From positions 833-64,832 of the forward strand of contig CAPERS010000007.1 of assembly GCA_948607205.1 (NCBI GenBank): a stretch of DNA of 64,000 bases, read 5' to 3'. Shown in pieces: positions 1-8,728 of this stretch; within the stretch, counting starts at the first letter, position 1; the number at the start of each line of letters is the position of its first letter. The notes below the pieces were generated by a model. That model saw only the letters and a program-made list of their open reading frames with translations. It was not told the DNA's origin and made no database searches. The translations under genes were made by a program, and so were the position numbers. This stretch comes from an uncultured Eubacteriales bacterium. Its GTDB lineage: Bacteria > Bacillota > Clostridia > Christensenellales > UBA1242.

Positions 1-213
1 TTTGCAAAAGAGGCTTCACCGCTTAAAAAAATTTCACCACATAAACTGCGTAGCACCTTTGGCACAAATCTCTATCGCGAAACCAAAGACATTTACATCG
101 TTGCTGATGTTCTCGGCCACAAAGATGTCAATACAACAAAAAGACACTACGCTGCTATCAGCGAAGATATGCGAAAAAGCGTTGCTGACAAAATCACTTT
201 AAGAAAGGATTAA
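1..213 (+). CDS. tyrosine recombinase/integrase, C-terminal fragment (5' part off-window)
   Basis: Frame +1 (not the frame +2 ORF 2..202 in the track) reads ...SPHKLRSTFGTNLYRETKDIYIVADVLGHKDVNTTKRHYAAIS...RKD*. The HxLR...GH...Y pattern is the C-terminal catalytic box of tyrosine recombinases. Stop TAA at 211-213. Confidence 0.8.
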   Translation, partial: FAKEASPLKKISPHKLRSTFGTNLYRETKDIYIVADVLGHKDVNTTKRHYAAISEDMRKSVADKITLRKD

Positions 214-374
214 CTCGCCATAATCTTATAAAAAACTTAGAAACCAGATTTAAAGTTATACAACTTCTTAAATATTTGAGAGAAAAAATTTTGAATTTTA
301 TTTATTTTTAATGAATAATATCTCCCTGCCTGCACACAATAATAGCGTGAAGGAGATATGCTTCACATGAAAAG

Positions 375-412
375 AAAGAAGTCATCTGTTATTAAAGACG
401 ACTTCTTTTTTT
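375..412 (+). terminator. intrinsic terminator-like hairpin with T-run
   Basis: AAAGAAGTC (375-383) pairs with GACTTCTTT (400-408) around a 16-nt loop, and the sequence runs into a T-tract ending at 412. Confidence 0.55.
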
Positions 413-560
413 ATGCATTAGGAATCTTTACGCATGATACACACTTCTAAATAAAATTTAAAAAATTATTCAAACTCGCACCTTTGAAAAAAATAAAAGT
501 TTTTAAAAGAGTTGTTATAAAAAAATTAAGACACCACAAAGAAGAAAATAAAAAAAGGTA

Positions 561-598
561 TTCCAATTTTTGCAAGAATATGCTATAATTTTTACATG
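561..598 (+). promoter_or_regulatory. promoter with extended -10 placed for a leaderless radical-SAM mRNA
   Basis: TGCTATAAT at 581-589 (-10 hexamer at 584-589) and a weak -35 TTCCAA at 561-566 with a 17-nt spacer. Only 6 nt separate the -10 from the ATG at 596, and there is no Shine-Dalgarno sequence. Confidence 0.45.
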
Positions 599-1564
599 AT
601 AAAAGATTTGTGTTTTGAAATTATACAGAAGTGCCCTAATAATTGTATATTTTGTTCTTCTAACAGCAATTATCAAAAAGATAACATAATTGATTTTGCC
701 ACCATTAAGAGAACAATAGACTTTTTTGTTAAAAATGGAGGGATAAAAGAAATTTCATTGTCTGGTGGAGAGCCTTTACTTCATCCAAACATATTTGAAA
801 TAATTGAGTATTGCCACAACTATGGAATTTTTACAACAGTCTATACCAGTGGAATAGTCAGGAATACATCTAATGCTTTATCAGCAAATCCACACTTTGA
901 AAAAATTTTAAACCAATATAACAAAAGGATTTTTTCTGAAATTTCAATTGAAACATTTTCAAAATTAAATCAAGCAGGACTAAATAAAGTTGTTTTTGAT
1001 ATGCAAGCGTCAGAAGTTGATGAATACAACGCCCTTATGGGAACTAAAAACAATTTTACAAGTTTACTCAAATCTATGCTTAACGCTTCAAAATTTAATT
1101 TTGCAACTTCTATTCATTTTATACCAAACAAAGTAAATTGCCATCAATTTAAAGATGTTTTTGAGTTGGCAGAAATTGCGGGAATAGACGAAGTCAGAGT
1201 CTTGAAATTTGTGCCACAAGGAAGAGGAAAAGAGAATAAAGAAGACCTACAATTAACAAACGATGAATTGTCAGAATTTTTGAAAAGTTGCTCTGCAATT
1301 AAATCTGATACCACAAAACTCAAAATAGGCATTCCCCTTCAAAATCAAAACAATCATAAATGCACAGCAGGTTTTGATAAAATTGATATTAGATATGATG
1401 GACAAATACTCCCTTGTCCTGCATTTAAGGATACCGATATAAATTTATTAAAAAGAAAAGGTTTCAATGATATCAATATATACAGAAATCTCGACGAATT
1501 CAAATTCATTGAAAACGCATCAAGAGTAACACCTTTATGTGAGCAAATATATAAAGAACTATAA
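596..1564 (+). CDS. radical SAM protein with a C-terminal Cys-containing (twitch/SPASM-like) region; subfamily unknown
   Basis: CPNNCIFC (CxxxCxxC) at residues 13-20, GGEPLL SAM-binding motif, and C-terminal CTAGF...DGQILPCPAF. Visibly more AT-rich than the neighbouring core genes. Confidence 0.8.
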   Translation: MIKDLCFEIIQKCPNNCIFCSSNSNYQKDNIIDFATIKRTIDFFVKNGGIKEISLSGGEPLLHPNIFEIIEYCHNYGIFTTVYTSGIVRNTSNALSANPHFEKILNQYNKRIFSEISIETFSKLNQAGLNKVVFDMQASEVDEYNALMGTKNNFTSLLKSMLNASKFNFATSIHFIPNKVNCHQFKDVFELAEIAGIDEVRVLKFVPQGRGKENKEDLQLTNDELSEFLKSCSAIKSDTTKLKIGIPLQNQNNHKCTAGFDKIDIRYDGQILPCPAFKDTDINLLKRKGFNDINIYRNLDEFKFIENASRVTPLCEQIYKEL

Positions 1565-1626
1565 AATTGCAAGGAAGCGTGTTTTAATAAAACACAACCC
1601 AACCGCAAAACATTGCGTGTTGGGTT

Positions 1627-1680
1627 AAAAAAGCCACCACACTTGACCAATTTTTTTTGGTCAGTTGTGGTGGCTTTTTG
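1627..1680. terminator. bidirectional terminator between the radical-SAM gene and spoIVB
   Basis: AGCCACCACAcTTGACC / GGTCAgTTGTGGTGGCT long inverted repeat flanked by an A-run (1627-1632) and a T-run (1676-1679). A second hairpin, AACCCAAC/GTTGGGTT, lies at about 1595-1627. Confidence 0.7.
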
Positions 1681-1782
1681 CTTCCTTGCCCAGACGAACA
1701 TTTCCAAATATCATACCTTTTTATTATTTAAAATAAGGACTGCAATCTCAGCCCTTATCTTAATTCATCTTTTAAAATATTT

Positions 1783-3003
1783 TCATACACCTTCCTCAAG
1801 CATCCAGTCGCTATAAACGCCATAACCTTTGGTTGCATCTGACAAGAACACATGTGTCACTGCACCAATAATCTTTCCGTCTTGAATAATTGGCGAACCG
1901 CTCATGCCTTGAACAATACCGCCAGTGAGTTCAATGAGTCTTTTATCTTTCACCCTAAACACCATGCTCTTGTCAGCTTGTTTGGCTTGATATGAGGCTT
2001 TTATAATCTCAATTTCATATTCCTCACGAATTCCGCTCACACTTGACACAATCTTTGCCTTACCTGGTCTGACAGAAAGTCTTCCGCCCACCTTTGCTGT
2101 TAAGTTACTGTCAACAAGTCCGTCAAGCTCATCAAGTTTTCCACTTATTCCAAACTTACAATTTTTATCTATCGTGCCCTTCGCGTCATTTTGCATAAAA
2201 AGACCTTTAAGTTCACCAGGCGCATTCTTCTTGCCTTTATTTATTCCTATCAGCGAACAATCGAAAACCTTACCTTTGCTAACAGGAATAATATTCTCAC
2301 TATGCCCATCAGTTATTGCATGACCAAGCGCGCAGTAATGGTGCGTGTTTTTGTTAACAAATGTGAGCGTTCCAATTCCAGACATATCATCTCTCGCCCA
2401 AAGCCCAAGTTTATATTTCCCTTCCTTATTTTTCACCAACTTAACTTCGACAGATTTGAGATTGTTGTTTCTTAAATACTCAATTTTCACAACCCCATTT
2501 TCGCTTCCAGACAATATATCTTCAACTTGATCAACGTTGCTTATTTCTTGGCCATTTATGCGTTTAAGAATATCACCTGCTTTAAAATAATCATTCTTAA
2601 CCATTTCAACTTTACCATTTTCAGACTCATATGAAGTGTCACTTATAACAATCGCACCTTCCGATTGAACTGTAAGCCCTATCGGAACACCGCCAATGTA
2701 AACTTCCTCTTCTGGAAGCATAGTCACACTAACTTTTCGAATAGGAATAAAACCAAAAAGTTTAAAAACAATCCTTCCTGATTTATCCTTATTTGTTCCC
2801 ACATTTGTTTCATCCTCTTCAAGACAAGTTTTGATAAATCCACCAAAAGAGGCATTCTCGTTCACCTTATCAACATCACCAAAACTAGCCATAAATCCGT
2901 CAGGCAAAGAGTAAATCTGCTTAAAATCCACATTAGAAATAAAGGTCATTGAAAAAATCACAAAAACCATAACAAACAATGCTAATCTATCACGCTTCGT
3001 CAT
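1783..3003 (-). CDS. spoIVB: SpoIVB sporulation signalling serine peptidase (S55)
   Basis: N-terminal TM segment, PDZ-like middle region and C-terminal GIVQGMSGSPIIQDGKIIGAVTHVF catalytic block. Conserved position after recN. Confidence 0.9.
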   Translation of the reverse strand: MTKRDRLALFVMVFVIFSMTFISNVDFKQIYSLPDGFMASFGDVDKVNENASFGGFIKTCLEEDETNVGTNKDKSGRIVFKLFGFIPIRKVSVTMLPEEEVYIGGVPIGLTVQSEGAIVISDTSYESENGKVEMVKNDYFKAGDILKRINGQEISNVDQVEDILSGSENGVVKIEYLRNNNLKSVEVKLVKNKEGKYKLGLWARDDMSGIGTLTFVNKNTHHYCALGHAITDGHSENIIPVSKGKVFDCSLIGINKGKKNAPGELKGLFMQNDAKGTIDKNCKFGISGKLDELDGLVDSNLTAKVGGRLSVRPGKAKIVSSVSGIREEYEIEIIKASYQAKQADKSMVFRVKDKRLIELTGGIVQGMSGSPIIQDGKIIGAVTHVFLSDATKGYGVYSDWMLEEGV

Positions 3004-3013
3004 TTATTCCTCC

Positions 3014-3048
3014 TAAAAAAAAGACTAACCCATCTAATGAGTTAGTCT
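3014..3048 (-). terminator. recN terminator
   Basis: AGACTAAC (3022-3029) / GTTAGTCT (3041-3048) stem. On the minus strand it is followed by T8 (complement of the A-run at 3015-3022). Confidence 0.6.
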
Positions 3049-3096
3049 ACTCTGTTTTTTAAATTTTATGAGTGAAATTGTCAACCTAACTTGGTT

Positions 3097-4761
3097 TTAT
3101 TTCCCAATCTTCGCCCTCATTTCACGTGCATGCGACAAAGCAAGCTCTGAAACCTCATCACCACCAGTCATTCGAGCTATCTGATAAACTATCTCGCTCT
3201 CGTCCAAAGTTTTAACCTGTGTGTAAGTGCTTTTTTCGTCCTCCTTCTTTGAAACAAAGTGGAAGCAATCGCCATAGCACGCCACTTGTGGCAAGTGAGT
3301 TATGCAGATAACCTGAGCAAAACTTGTGAGCGCATTGATTTTCGCCCCAACTATATTTCCGGTTTCGCCACTTATTCCACTGTCAATTTCATCAAATATA
3401 AGCGTTCTTGCACTGCCGATTTCGGCAAAGATATTCTTCATCGCCAACATAAACCTGCTCATCTCACCGCCTGACGCCGTTTTTGAGAGGGCTTTGACTT
3501 CTTGACCTTTGTTTGCAGAGAAAACAAATTCAACATCATCCATTCCGTTCGAAGAAATTTCTTTATCCGCAAAGTTGACCTTGAATATTGTCGACTTCAT
3601 GCCAAGTTGCCTCAGTTCACAGACTATCTTTTCTTCAATCTTGCCAGCAATATTCTTACGCAATTGGCTAAGTTTTTGAGCATAATTTTCAAGCATCGCG
3701 CCAACACTTTTGATTTCGCTTTCATATTTTTCAATAAGTCCGTCAGCGTCGCAAAGATTGTCAAACTTGGCTTTAGCGTCATTGTAAAACTCTAAGCACT
3801 TCTCAACCGAGCCACCATACTTTTTGGTCAATAGTTTTATAAGGTCATATCGTCTGTCAAGCCTGTCAAATTCACGTTCGTCAAAGGAAAGGTTTTCTTG
3901 AACGCCTTTAAGCGTGTCAACAATGTCATCAAGTTCATACCTTGCGCTTGTCAATCTATCTTTGCAAGACTCAATCTCGTTTGAAAAAGAGATTAATCCG
4001 CCAAGCACCGACTCGCTCTCCTGAAGAGAACTGAGCGTTGATGACGAACTATCTTTTAATAGTTGCAAAACTGAGGTTAAGCCTTCATATATCTTTTCAG
4101 CGTTAGAAATCAGATGAATTCTTTCTTTTATCTCTTCGTCTTCTCCCACTTGAAGTTCAGCATTTTCAATCTCTTCAATTTGATACTCGAGAAGTGCCTT
4201 TGTGCGTTCACGTTCGAACTTATCACCGCCAAGTTCGTTAAGTTTTCTTTTTAAGTCGTTAAGTTTTGAAAATTCGGCACTGACTAAGTTTTTAAGTTCA
4301 TCGACTTCATCTCCACCAAATTTATCAAGCATATATAAATGATTTTTGCTATTAAGGAGCGCAGTGCCCTCATGCTGAGAGTAACTGTCCACAAGCAAAG
4401 CGCCAAGCCTCTTGACAAGAGCAACAGTCATAGGCATTCCATTCACACGCAATGAACCTTTGCCGTCAACGCTGAGTTGACGAGAAATCAAAATCTCTTC
4501 ACATTCATCAACGCCAATTTCTTGCAAAAACTCATTCACCGCAGAACTAGTATTTGAGAAAAGCGCATCAACTCGCATAGCACTTTCTCCACTTCTTAAA
4601 AGACTTTTGTCAGCCTTGCCACCAAGAACAAAATCAAGCGAGTCAAAAATAATACTTTTGCCCGCACCGGTTTCACCAATCAGAACATTAAAGCCCTCAG
4701 AAAAGTCAATAGAAAGGTCTTTTATAAGGGCTACATTTTTTATAGTTAAAGTTTTAAGCAT
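3097..4761 (-). CDS. recN: DNA repair protein RecN
   Basis: N-terminal Walker A GETGAGKS, long coiled-coil middle region, and C-terminal SGGE signature with a Walker B-like LIFDEIDSGISG. Confidence 0.95.
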   Translation of the reverse strand: MLKTLTIKNVALIKDLSIDFSEGFNVLIGETGAGKSIIFDSLDFVLGGKADKSLLRSGESAMRVDALFSNTSSAVNEFLQEIGVDECEEILISRQLSVDGKGSLRVNGMPMTVALVKRLGALLVDSYSQHEGTALLNSKNHLYMLDKFGGDEVDELKNLVSAEFSKLNDLKRKLNELGGDKFERERTKALLEYQIEEIENAELQVGEDEEIKERIHLISNAEKIYEGLTSVLQLLKDSSSSTLSSLQESESVLGGLISFSNEIESCKDRLTSARYELDDIVDTLKGVQENLSFDEREFDRLDRRYDLIKLLTKKYGGSVEKCLEFYNDAKAKFDNLCDADGLIEKYESEIKSVGAMLENYAQKLSQLRKNIAGKIEEKIVCELRQLGMKSTIFKVNFADKEISSNGMDDVEFVFSANKGQEVKALSKTASGGEMSRFMLAMKNIFAEIGSARTLIFDEIDSGISGETGNIVGAKINALTSFAQVICITHLPQVACYGDCFHFVSKKEDEKSTYTQVKTLDESEIVYQIARMTGGDEVSELALSHAREMRAKIGK

Positions 4762-4776
4762 AACATTTCCACTCCC

Positions 4777-5229
4777 TTATTTTAACAAATCAGAAAGCGT
4801 CAAAACGCTTGAAGAAGCAACAGTCGTTGTTGGGAAGATAAGCATAACAGTGTCATCACCACAAACTGCACCCATAAGGTCAGTAAGGTTGAGTTTATCA
4901 ACAAAACTGCAAACGCCAGCACCCATACCTTTGACAGTTCTAAGCACGACAAGGTTGAGGGCAGACTTAACTGAAATGACCGCCTCTCTGAAAATGACTA
5001 TGTATTTATTGGAAATCGCTTGCTCCTCAGAGCCAACAAAAGTGTATTTATATTTGCCTGAACTTGACAAAATTTTGGTCAAGCCAAGCTCTTTGATATC
5101 CCTTGAAATAGTTGCTTGGGTGATATCAAAATCTGCATTTTTTAACTCTCTTGCCAGTTCGTCTTGGGTTTCAATCTCTTTGGTTGAGATAATTTCCAAG
5201 ATTTTGGACTGTCTTGCACTCCTTGCCAT
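4777..5229 (-). CDS. argR: arginine repressor ArgR/AhrC
   Basis: 150 aa with a winged-helix N-terminus (RQSKILEII...TQATISRDIKELGL) and a C-terminal oligomerisation domain (GDDTVMLI). argR-recN synteny is conserved. Confidence 0.9.
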   Translation of the reverse strand: MARSARQSKILEIISTKEIETQDELARELKNADFDITQATISRDIKELGLTKILSSSGKYKYTFVGSEEQAISNKYIVIFREAVISVKSALNLVVLRTVKGMGAGVCSFVDKLNLTDLMGAVCGDDTVMLIFPTTTVASSSVLTLSDLLK

Positions 5230-5360
5230 TTATCCTCTCCTTAACGGCTATTCTCCTTTATTTTAAAGGGTTGTAGCGATTTTGCATAATTATAAATTTA
5301 TGTTTATTCACGCCGTTTTGATTATTATACAACATTTTTTATATTTATGCAAGCACTTTT

Positions 5361-5388
5361 TGTATATTTATTCATGAATTTTTTATAT
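5361..5388. promoter_or_regulatory. possible tandem ARG-box-like operator upstream of argR
   Basis: TGTATATTTATTCA followed by TGAATTTTTTATAT resembles two abutting TGAAT-N4-ATTCA half-palindromes. The match is degenerate. Confidence 0.2.
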
Positions 5389-5548
5389 AAATTTAACTTT
5401 ATGCATTTTTACAAATTTCATTTTTATAATTATAACCTTTTATACATTTTATTCAAAATATAATTTCTCTCATTTTGACTTGACAAAATCCTCCCATCCA
5501 AATATAATAAAATCATTAAGATTTCTTAAAAAAGTAAATGAGGAAAAA

Positions 5549-6289
5549 ATGACAATAATTTTAACAAGTTTATTAAAGTCGCGCATCAAAGATGAAGAAG
5601 GCAATCACATCCCCATTCCAATCGAGGACACAAACGGAATGTTAACCAACATTAAGAATAGCCTTAAAAAGACCACCCGCTTTGTTTCAGTTGCAAACAA
5701 CCCTATCTCTTTCGAAGAGAACGATGAACGCGCAAGACAACTTTTTGAGAGCATAACTTTAACTTTTGGCAAAGATAAATTTCAAGAGAAAATTTTGCTT
5801 GATAACAGAAATATGGATAAAGCTGAATCAATTTTAAAAGACGCTGATTTTATATTTTTGCAAGGCGGAAAATGTTTACAGCAAATGGAGTTTTTCAGAT
5901 CTATAAATCTTAAAGCTATTCTTTCAAACTTCGATGGAGTTGTTGTTGGCGGTTCGGCAGGCGCAATGAATTTGTGTGATACCATAGCAAACTTTCCAGA
6001 AGAACTCGTTGACCTTGATGAGCCACGCTGGTTTCAAGGCTTAGGATTTTATGACCAAATAATCATCCCTCATTTTGACGGCGAAACACTCACCTATCAA
6101 ATTCCATGTGACGAAGTTGATGTAATAAATGATTATATCCTTCCAATGTCTGACGGCAAAAAATTCTTAGGCTTAACCAATGAAAGTTATATCATGATAG
6201 ACAACCATAACAACGTGAAATTTTATGGAGATATCTATATTATTTCAGACGGCAAAGTTGACAAATACCAACCAGAAATTTCAAGATAA
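5549..6289 (+). CDS. peptidase S51 (dipeptidase E-like) family protein
   Basis: GGSAGAM nucleophile-elbow motif and a downstream IIPHFD. Start placed at ATG 5549, behind GAGGAAAAA, rather than at the TTG 5480 used by the track. Confidence 0.7.
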   Translation: MTIILTSLLKSRIKDEEGNHIPIPIEDTNGMLTNIKNSLKKTTRFVSVANNPISFEENDERARQLFESITLTFGKDKFQEKILLDNRNMDKAESILKDADFIFLQGGKCLQQMEFFRSINLKAILSNFDGVVVGGSAGAMNLCDTIANFPEELVDLDEPRWFQGLGFYDQIIIPHFDGETLTYQIPCDEVDVINDYILPMSDGKKFLGLTNESYIMIDNHNNVKFYGDIYIISDGKVDKYQPEISR

Positions 6290-6358
6290 AAAATTTCATC
6301 TCATAGCTTTAACCTACAAAAAAAACATACCTAACTTTTGGTATGCTTTTTTAATATT

Positions 6359-7513
6359 TTACTTTATATATATTATTTCTTCTGTTGCTAACGCTTCCTT
6401 GACAAGCGCATCAATATCAAGACCGCGTTCTTCTTTCTCTGCCTTTTCAATTGTTGGCTTAATAACAGGATTTTTTGGCAAGAACACAGTGCAACAGTCT
6501 TCGTATGGCAAAATGGAAGTTTCATAAGTATCAATCTTGTTGGCGATTGCCATAATTTCTTCCTTATCCATGGCAATGCAAGGTCTAAAAACAGGAAGAG
6601 AGTTTATAACACTGCCCGTCACAGTCATGCTTTGCATAGTCTGGCTAGCAACTTGACCTAAACTTTCGCCCGTCACGATTGCGCCAAGCCCATTTTGCTC
6701 ACAAAGTTTTTCAGCAATTCGCATCATAATTCGTCTCATGATTGTTATCATAAACTCAGGCTTGCAGTGAACATGAATTGACTCCTGAATTTTAGTGAAA
6801 GACACCACATGCAACTTTATCTGTCCAACATAACCAGACAGAATTTTGGCAAGCGAAAGCACTTTCTCTTTCGCTCTTTCTGAGGTGTATGGATAACTAT
6901 GAAAATGCACAGCCTCCATTGTCATGCCTCTTTTTGCCATTAAATAACATGCAACAGGGCTGTCAATCCCGCCCGACAAAAGAAGCAAGCCTTTCCCTGC
7001 TGTTTTAAGTGGCAACCCGCCTTGACCTTTTATAGAAGAAGTATAAACATAAGCTTTGCCGTTCACTCTTATATCAACATTGATTTCAACATCATAATCA
7101 TAAAGGTCAACGCGCGAAGAAGGATATTTTTTCAGCATAACACCACCCAAAGAGGCTGCAAAATCCATTGATTTAATTGGAAAATTTTTGTCAGCGCGTT
7201 TAACAATCACTTTGAAGGATTTGCCGTCAAGGTCAATTTTCTCAACTTCGCTTTGTATAATTTCTGGCGTCGCATCAACTTCTTCAGCCCTTGAAAAACT
7301 ATGCAGTCCAAAAACCCTGCCAAGTTTTGCGACAATATCATCTTCGCGTTCAACTTTATAATTGGAAATCACATATCTGCCAAAGGTTTTTGAAAATTTA
7401 TATTCTTCGCCTGCCAGCATTTCTTTTATATTGTTTATAAGTTGCGCCTCAAAAAGATTTCGATTGTTGCCTTTTAAATATAATTCACCAAACCTTAGTA
7501 ACAAAACTTTCAT
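6359..7513 (-). CDS. thiI: tRNA 4-thiouridine synthase ThiI
   Basis: N-terminal ferredoxin-like/THUMP region (LRFGELYLKG) and PP-loop SGGIDSPVA. Overlaps the stop of the upstream desulfurase gene. Confidence 0.9.
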   Translation of the reverse strand: MKVLLLRFGELYLKGNNRNLFEAQLINNIKEMLAGEEYKFSKTFGRYVISNYKVEREDDIVAKLGRVFGLHSFSRAEEVDATPEIIQSEVEKIDLDGKSFKVIVKRADKNFPIKSMDFAASLGGVMLKKYPSSRVDLYDYDVEINVDIRVNGKAYVYTSSIKGQGGLPLKTAGKGLLLLSGGIDSPVACYLMAKRGMTMEAVHFHSYPYTSERAKEKVLSLAKILSGYVGQIKLHVVSFTKIQESIHVHCKPEFMITIMRRIMMRIAEKLCEQNGLGAIVTGESLGQVASQTMQSMTVTGSVINSLPVFRPCIAMDKEEIMAIANKIDTYETSILPYEDCCTVFLPKNPVIKPTIEKAEKEERGLDIDALVKEALATEEIIYIK

Positions 7514-8661
7514 TTAACTTTCTCCCAAACTTCTTTGTATCTCTTCGCAATTATGTCTGCAGATTCTTCAACCTCAGTTTCACTCAAATAAGCATTAAAC
7601 GAAACCCTGAGCGCAGACTTTATTTTTGCTTTATCGTAACCCATATTTTCAAGCACGCGATTTCCTGACTTTTTCGCCGAGCAAGCACTACCCATACCGA
7701 CAACGACGTCATTTTCAAGAGCGCGCATAAGCGTTTCACCATTAACACCTTCAAACGACAGCGAAACAATATATGGGCTATAATTTTCAACAGTTTCGCT
7801 TTCATTTTCAGATTTATTTTCATTTAAAATTGTGACACCTTCAATCTTGTTCATTCTTTCAACAAAAATTTTATTAAGTTTGGTCACTTTTTGATAATTT
7901 GCATTCACATCTATCATATTAAACGCGCAAGCCATAGCCATAATTCCAGCCACATTTTCTGTGCCTGAGCGCAGTCCAAACTCTTGACCACCGCCAAATA
8001 CTATATTTTTAAGCGATTGTTTATTTCGAACATACAAAGCACCCACGCCTTTTGGCCCATGGAATTTATGCGCAGAAATTGTGTATAAATCAACGCCAAT
8101 TTCATCAAGCGAAAAATTTATTTTGCAAAATGCCTGCACACCATCAACATGCAAAAGCGCTTTCGGACAAATTTTATCTCGCAATTTACCGACCTTTTTT
8201 ATGTCATTTATCGCACCAGTTTCATTGCTGACATGCATAAGAGAAATAAGTCTTGTTTTTGGCGTCAAAAGTTTTTCAAGTTCAAGATAATCCACCTGTC
8301 CGTTTTTAGATAAAGGCGCAAATTTGACAACGCAATCTGAATTTGCCTCAATATCTTTTGCGACGTTATATACACTTGGATGTTCACCAACAGAAAAAAT
8401 ATGTTCCCAACCTTTGCGCAAACTGCCACGAACAGCAAGATTGTTGCTTTCAGTTGCACCGCCTGTGAAAATTATATCACCTTTCTTAGCGCCTAGTTTA
8501 GACAACAGCCCCAACCTCACTTCTTCAAGTTTTTTAGATATGTTAACGCCATGAATATAGTTTGTTGAAGGATTGAAAAAAGAATCACAAGCATATTTTT
8601 TATATTCGCTTATGCATTCTTCAAACATTTTTGTTGTCGCACCATTATCCAAATAAATCAT
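7510..8661 (-). CDS. cysteine desulfurase (NifS/IscS class V aminotransferase), ThiI partner
   Basis: MIYLDNGATT N-terminus, PLP-lysine motif SAHKFHGPKG and active-site loop GSACSA. Translationally coupled to thiI. Confidence 0.9.
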   Translation of the reverse strand: MIYLDNGATTKMFEECISEYKKYACDSFFNPSTNYIHGVNISKKLEEVRLGLLSKLGAKKGDIIFTGGATESNNLAVRGSLRKGWEHIFSVGEHPSVYNVAKDIEANSDCVVKFAPLSKNGQVDYLELEKLLTPKTRLISLMHVSNETGAINDIKKVGKLRDKICPKALLHVDGVQAFCKINFSLDEIGVDLYTISAHKFHGPKGVGALYVRNKQSLKNIVFGGGQEFGLRSGTENVAGIMAMACAFNMIDVNANYQKVTKLNKIFVERMNKIEGVTILNENKSENESETVENYSPYIVSLSFEGVNGETLMRALENDVVVGMGSACSAKKSGNRVLENMGYDKAKIKSALRVSFNAYLSETEVEESADIIAKRYKEVWEKVK

Positions 8662-8728
8662 CTTTTACCTTCATTATTTTGCATACAACCACAACATATT
8701 GTGCGTAGTCTATGCATTATAGCCACAA

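Noticed and set aside
2-202. Track ORF in frame +2 (66 aa) at the left edge
   Set aside because: Frame +1 over the same bases gives an unmistakable tyrosine-recombinase C-terminus ending at 213. The frame +2 product has no features, so it is a shadow ORF.
358-450. Small ORF (MLHMKRKKSSVIKDDFFFYALGIFTHDTHF) as a RiPP precursor for the downstream radical-SAM enzyme
   Set aside because: The SD-to-ATG spacing is poor, a terminator hairpin with a T-run lies inside the ORF, and it has no Cys, Ser or Thr-rich core. It is probably non-coding.
596-1564. The radical-SAM enzyme as maturase of the 64-aa Cys-rich peptide
   Set aside because: The two genes are about 50 kb apart and separated by core operons. 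Nothing in the sequence links them.
4607-5266. 219-aa plus-strand ORF antisense to recN/argR, and similar long antisense ORFs (37468..38139, 20581..21048, 22483..22986, 45741..46160, 59056..59559, 60578..61090)
   Set aside because: All lie opposite strongly recognised genes. They lack RBSs and have low-complexity, Ser/Leu/Phe-rich products typical of shadow frames in AT-rich DNA.
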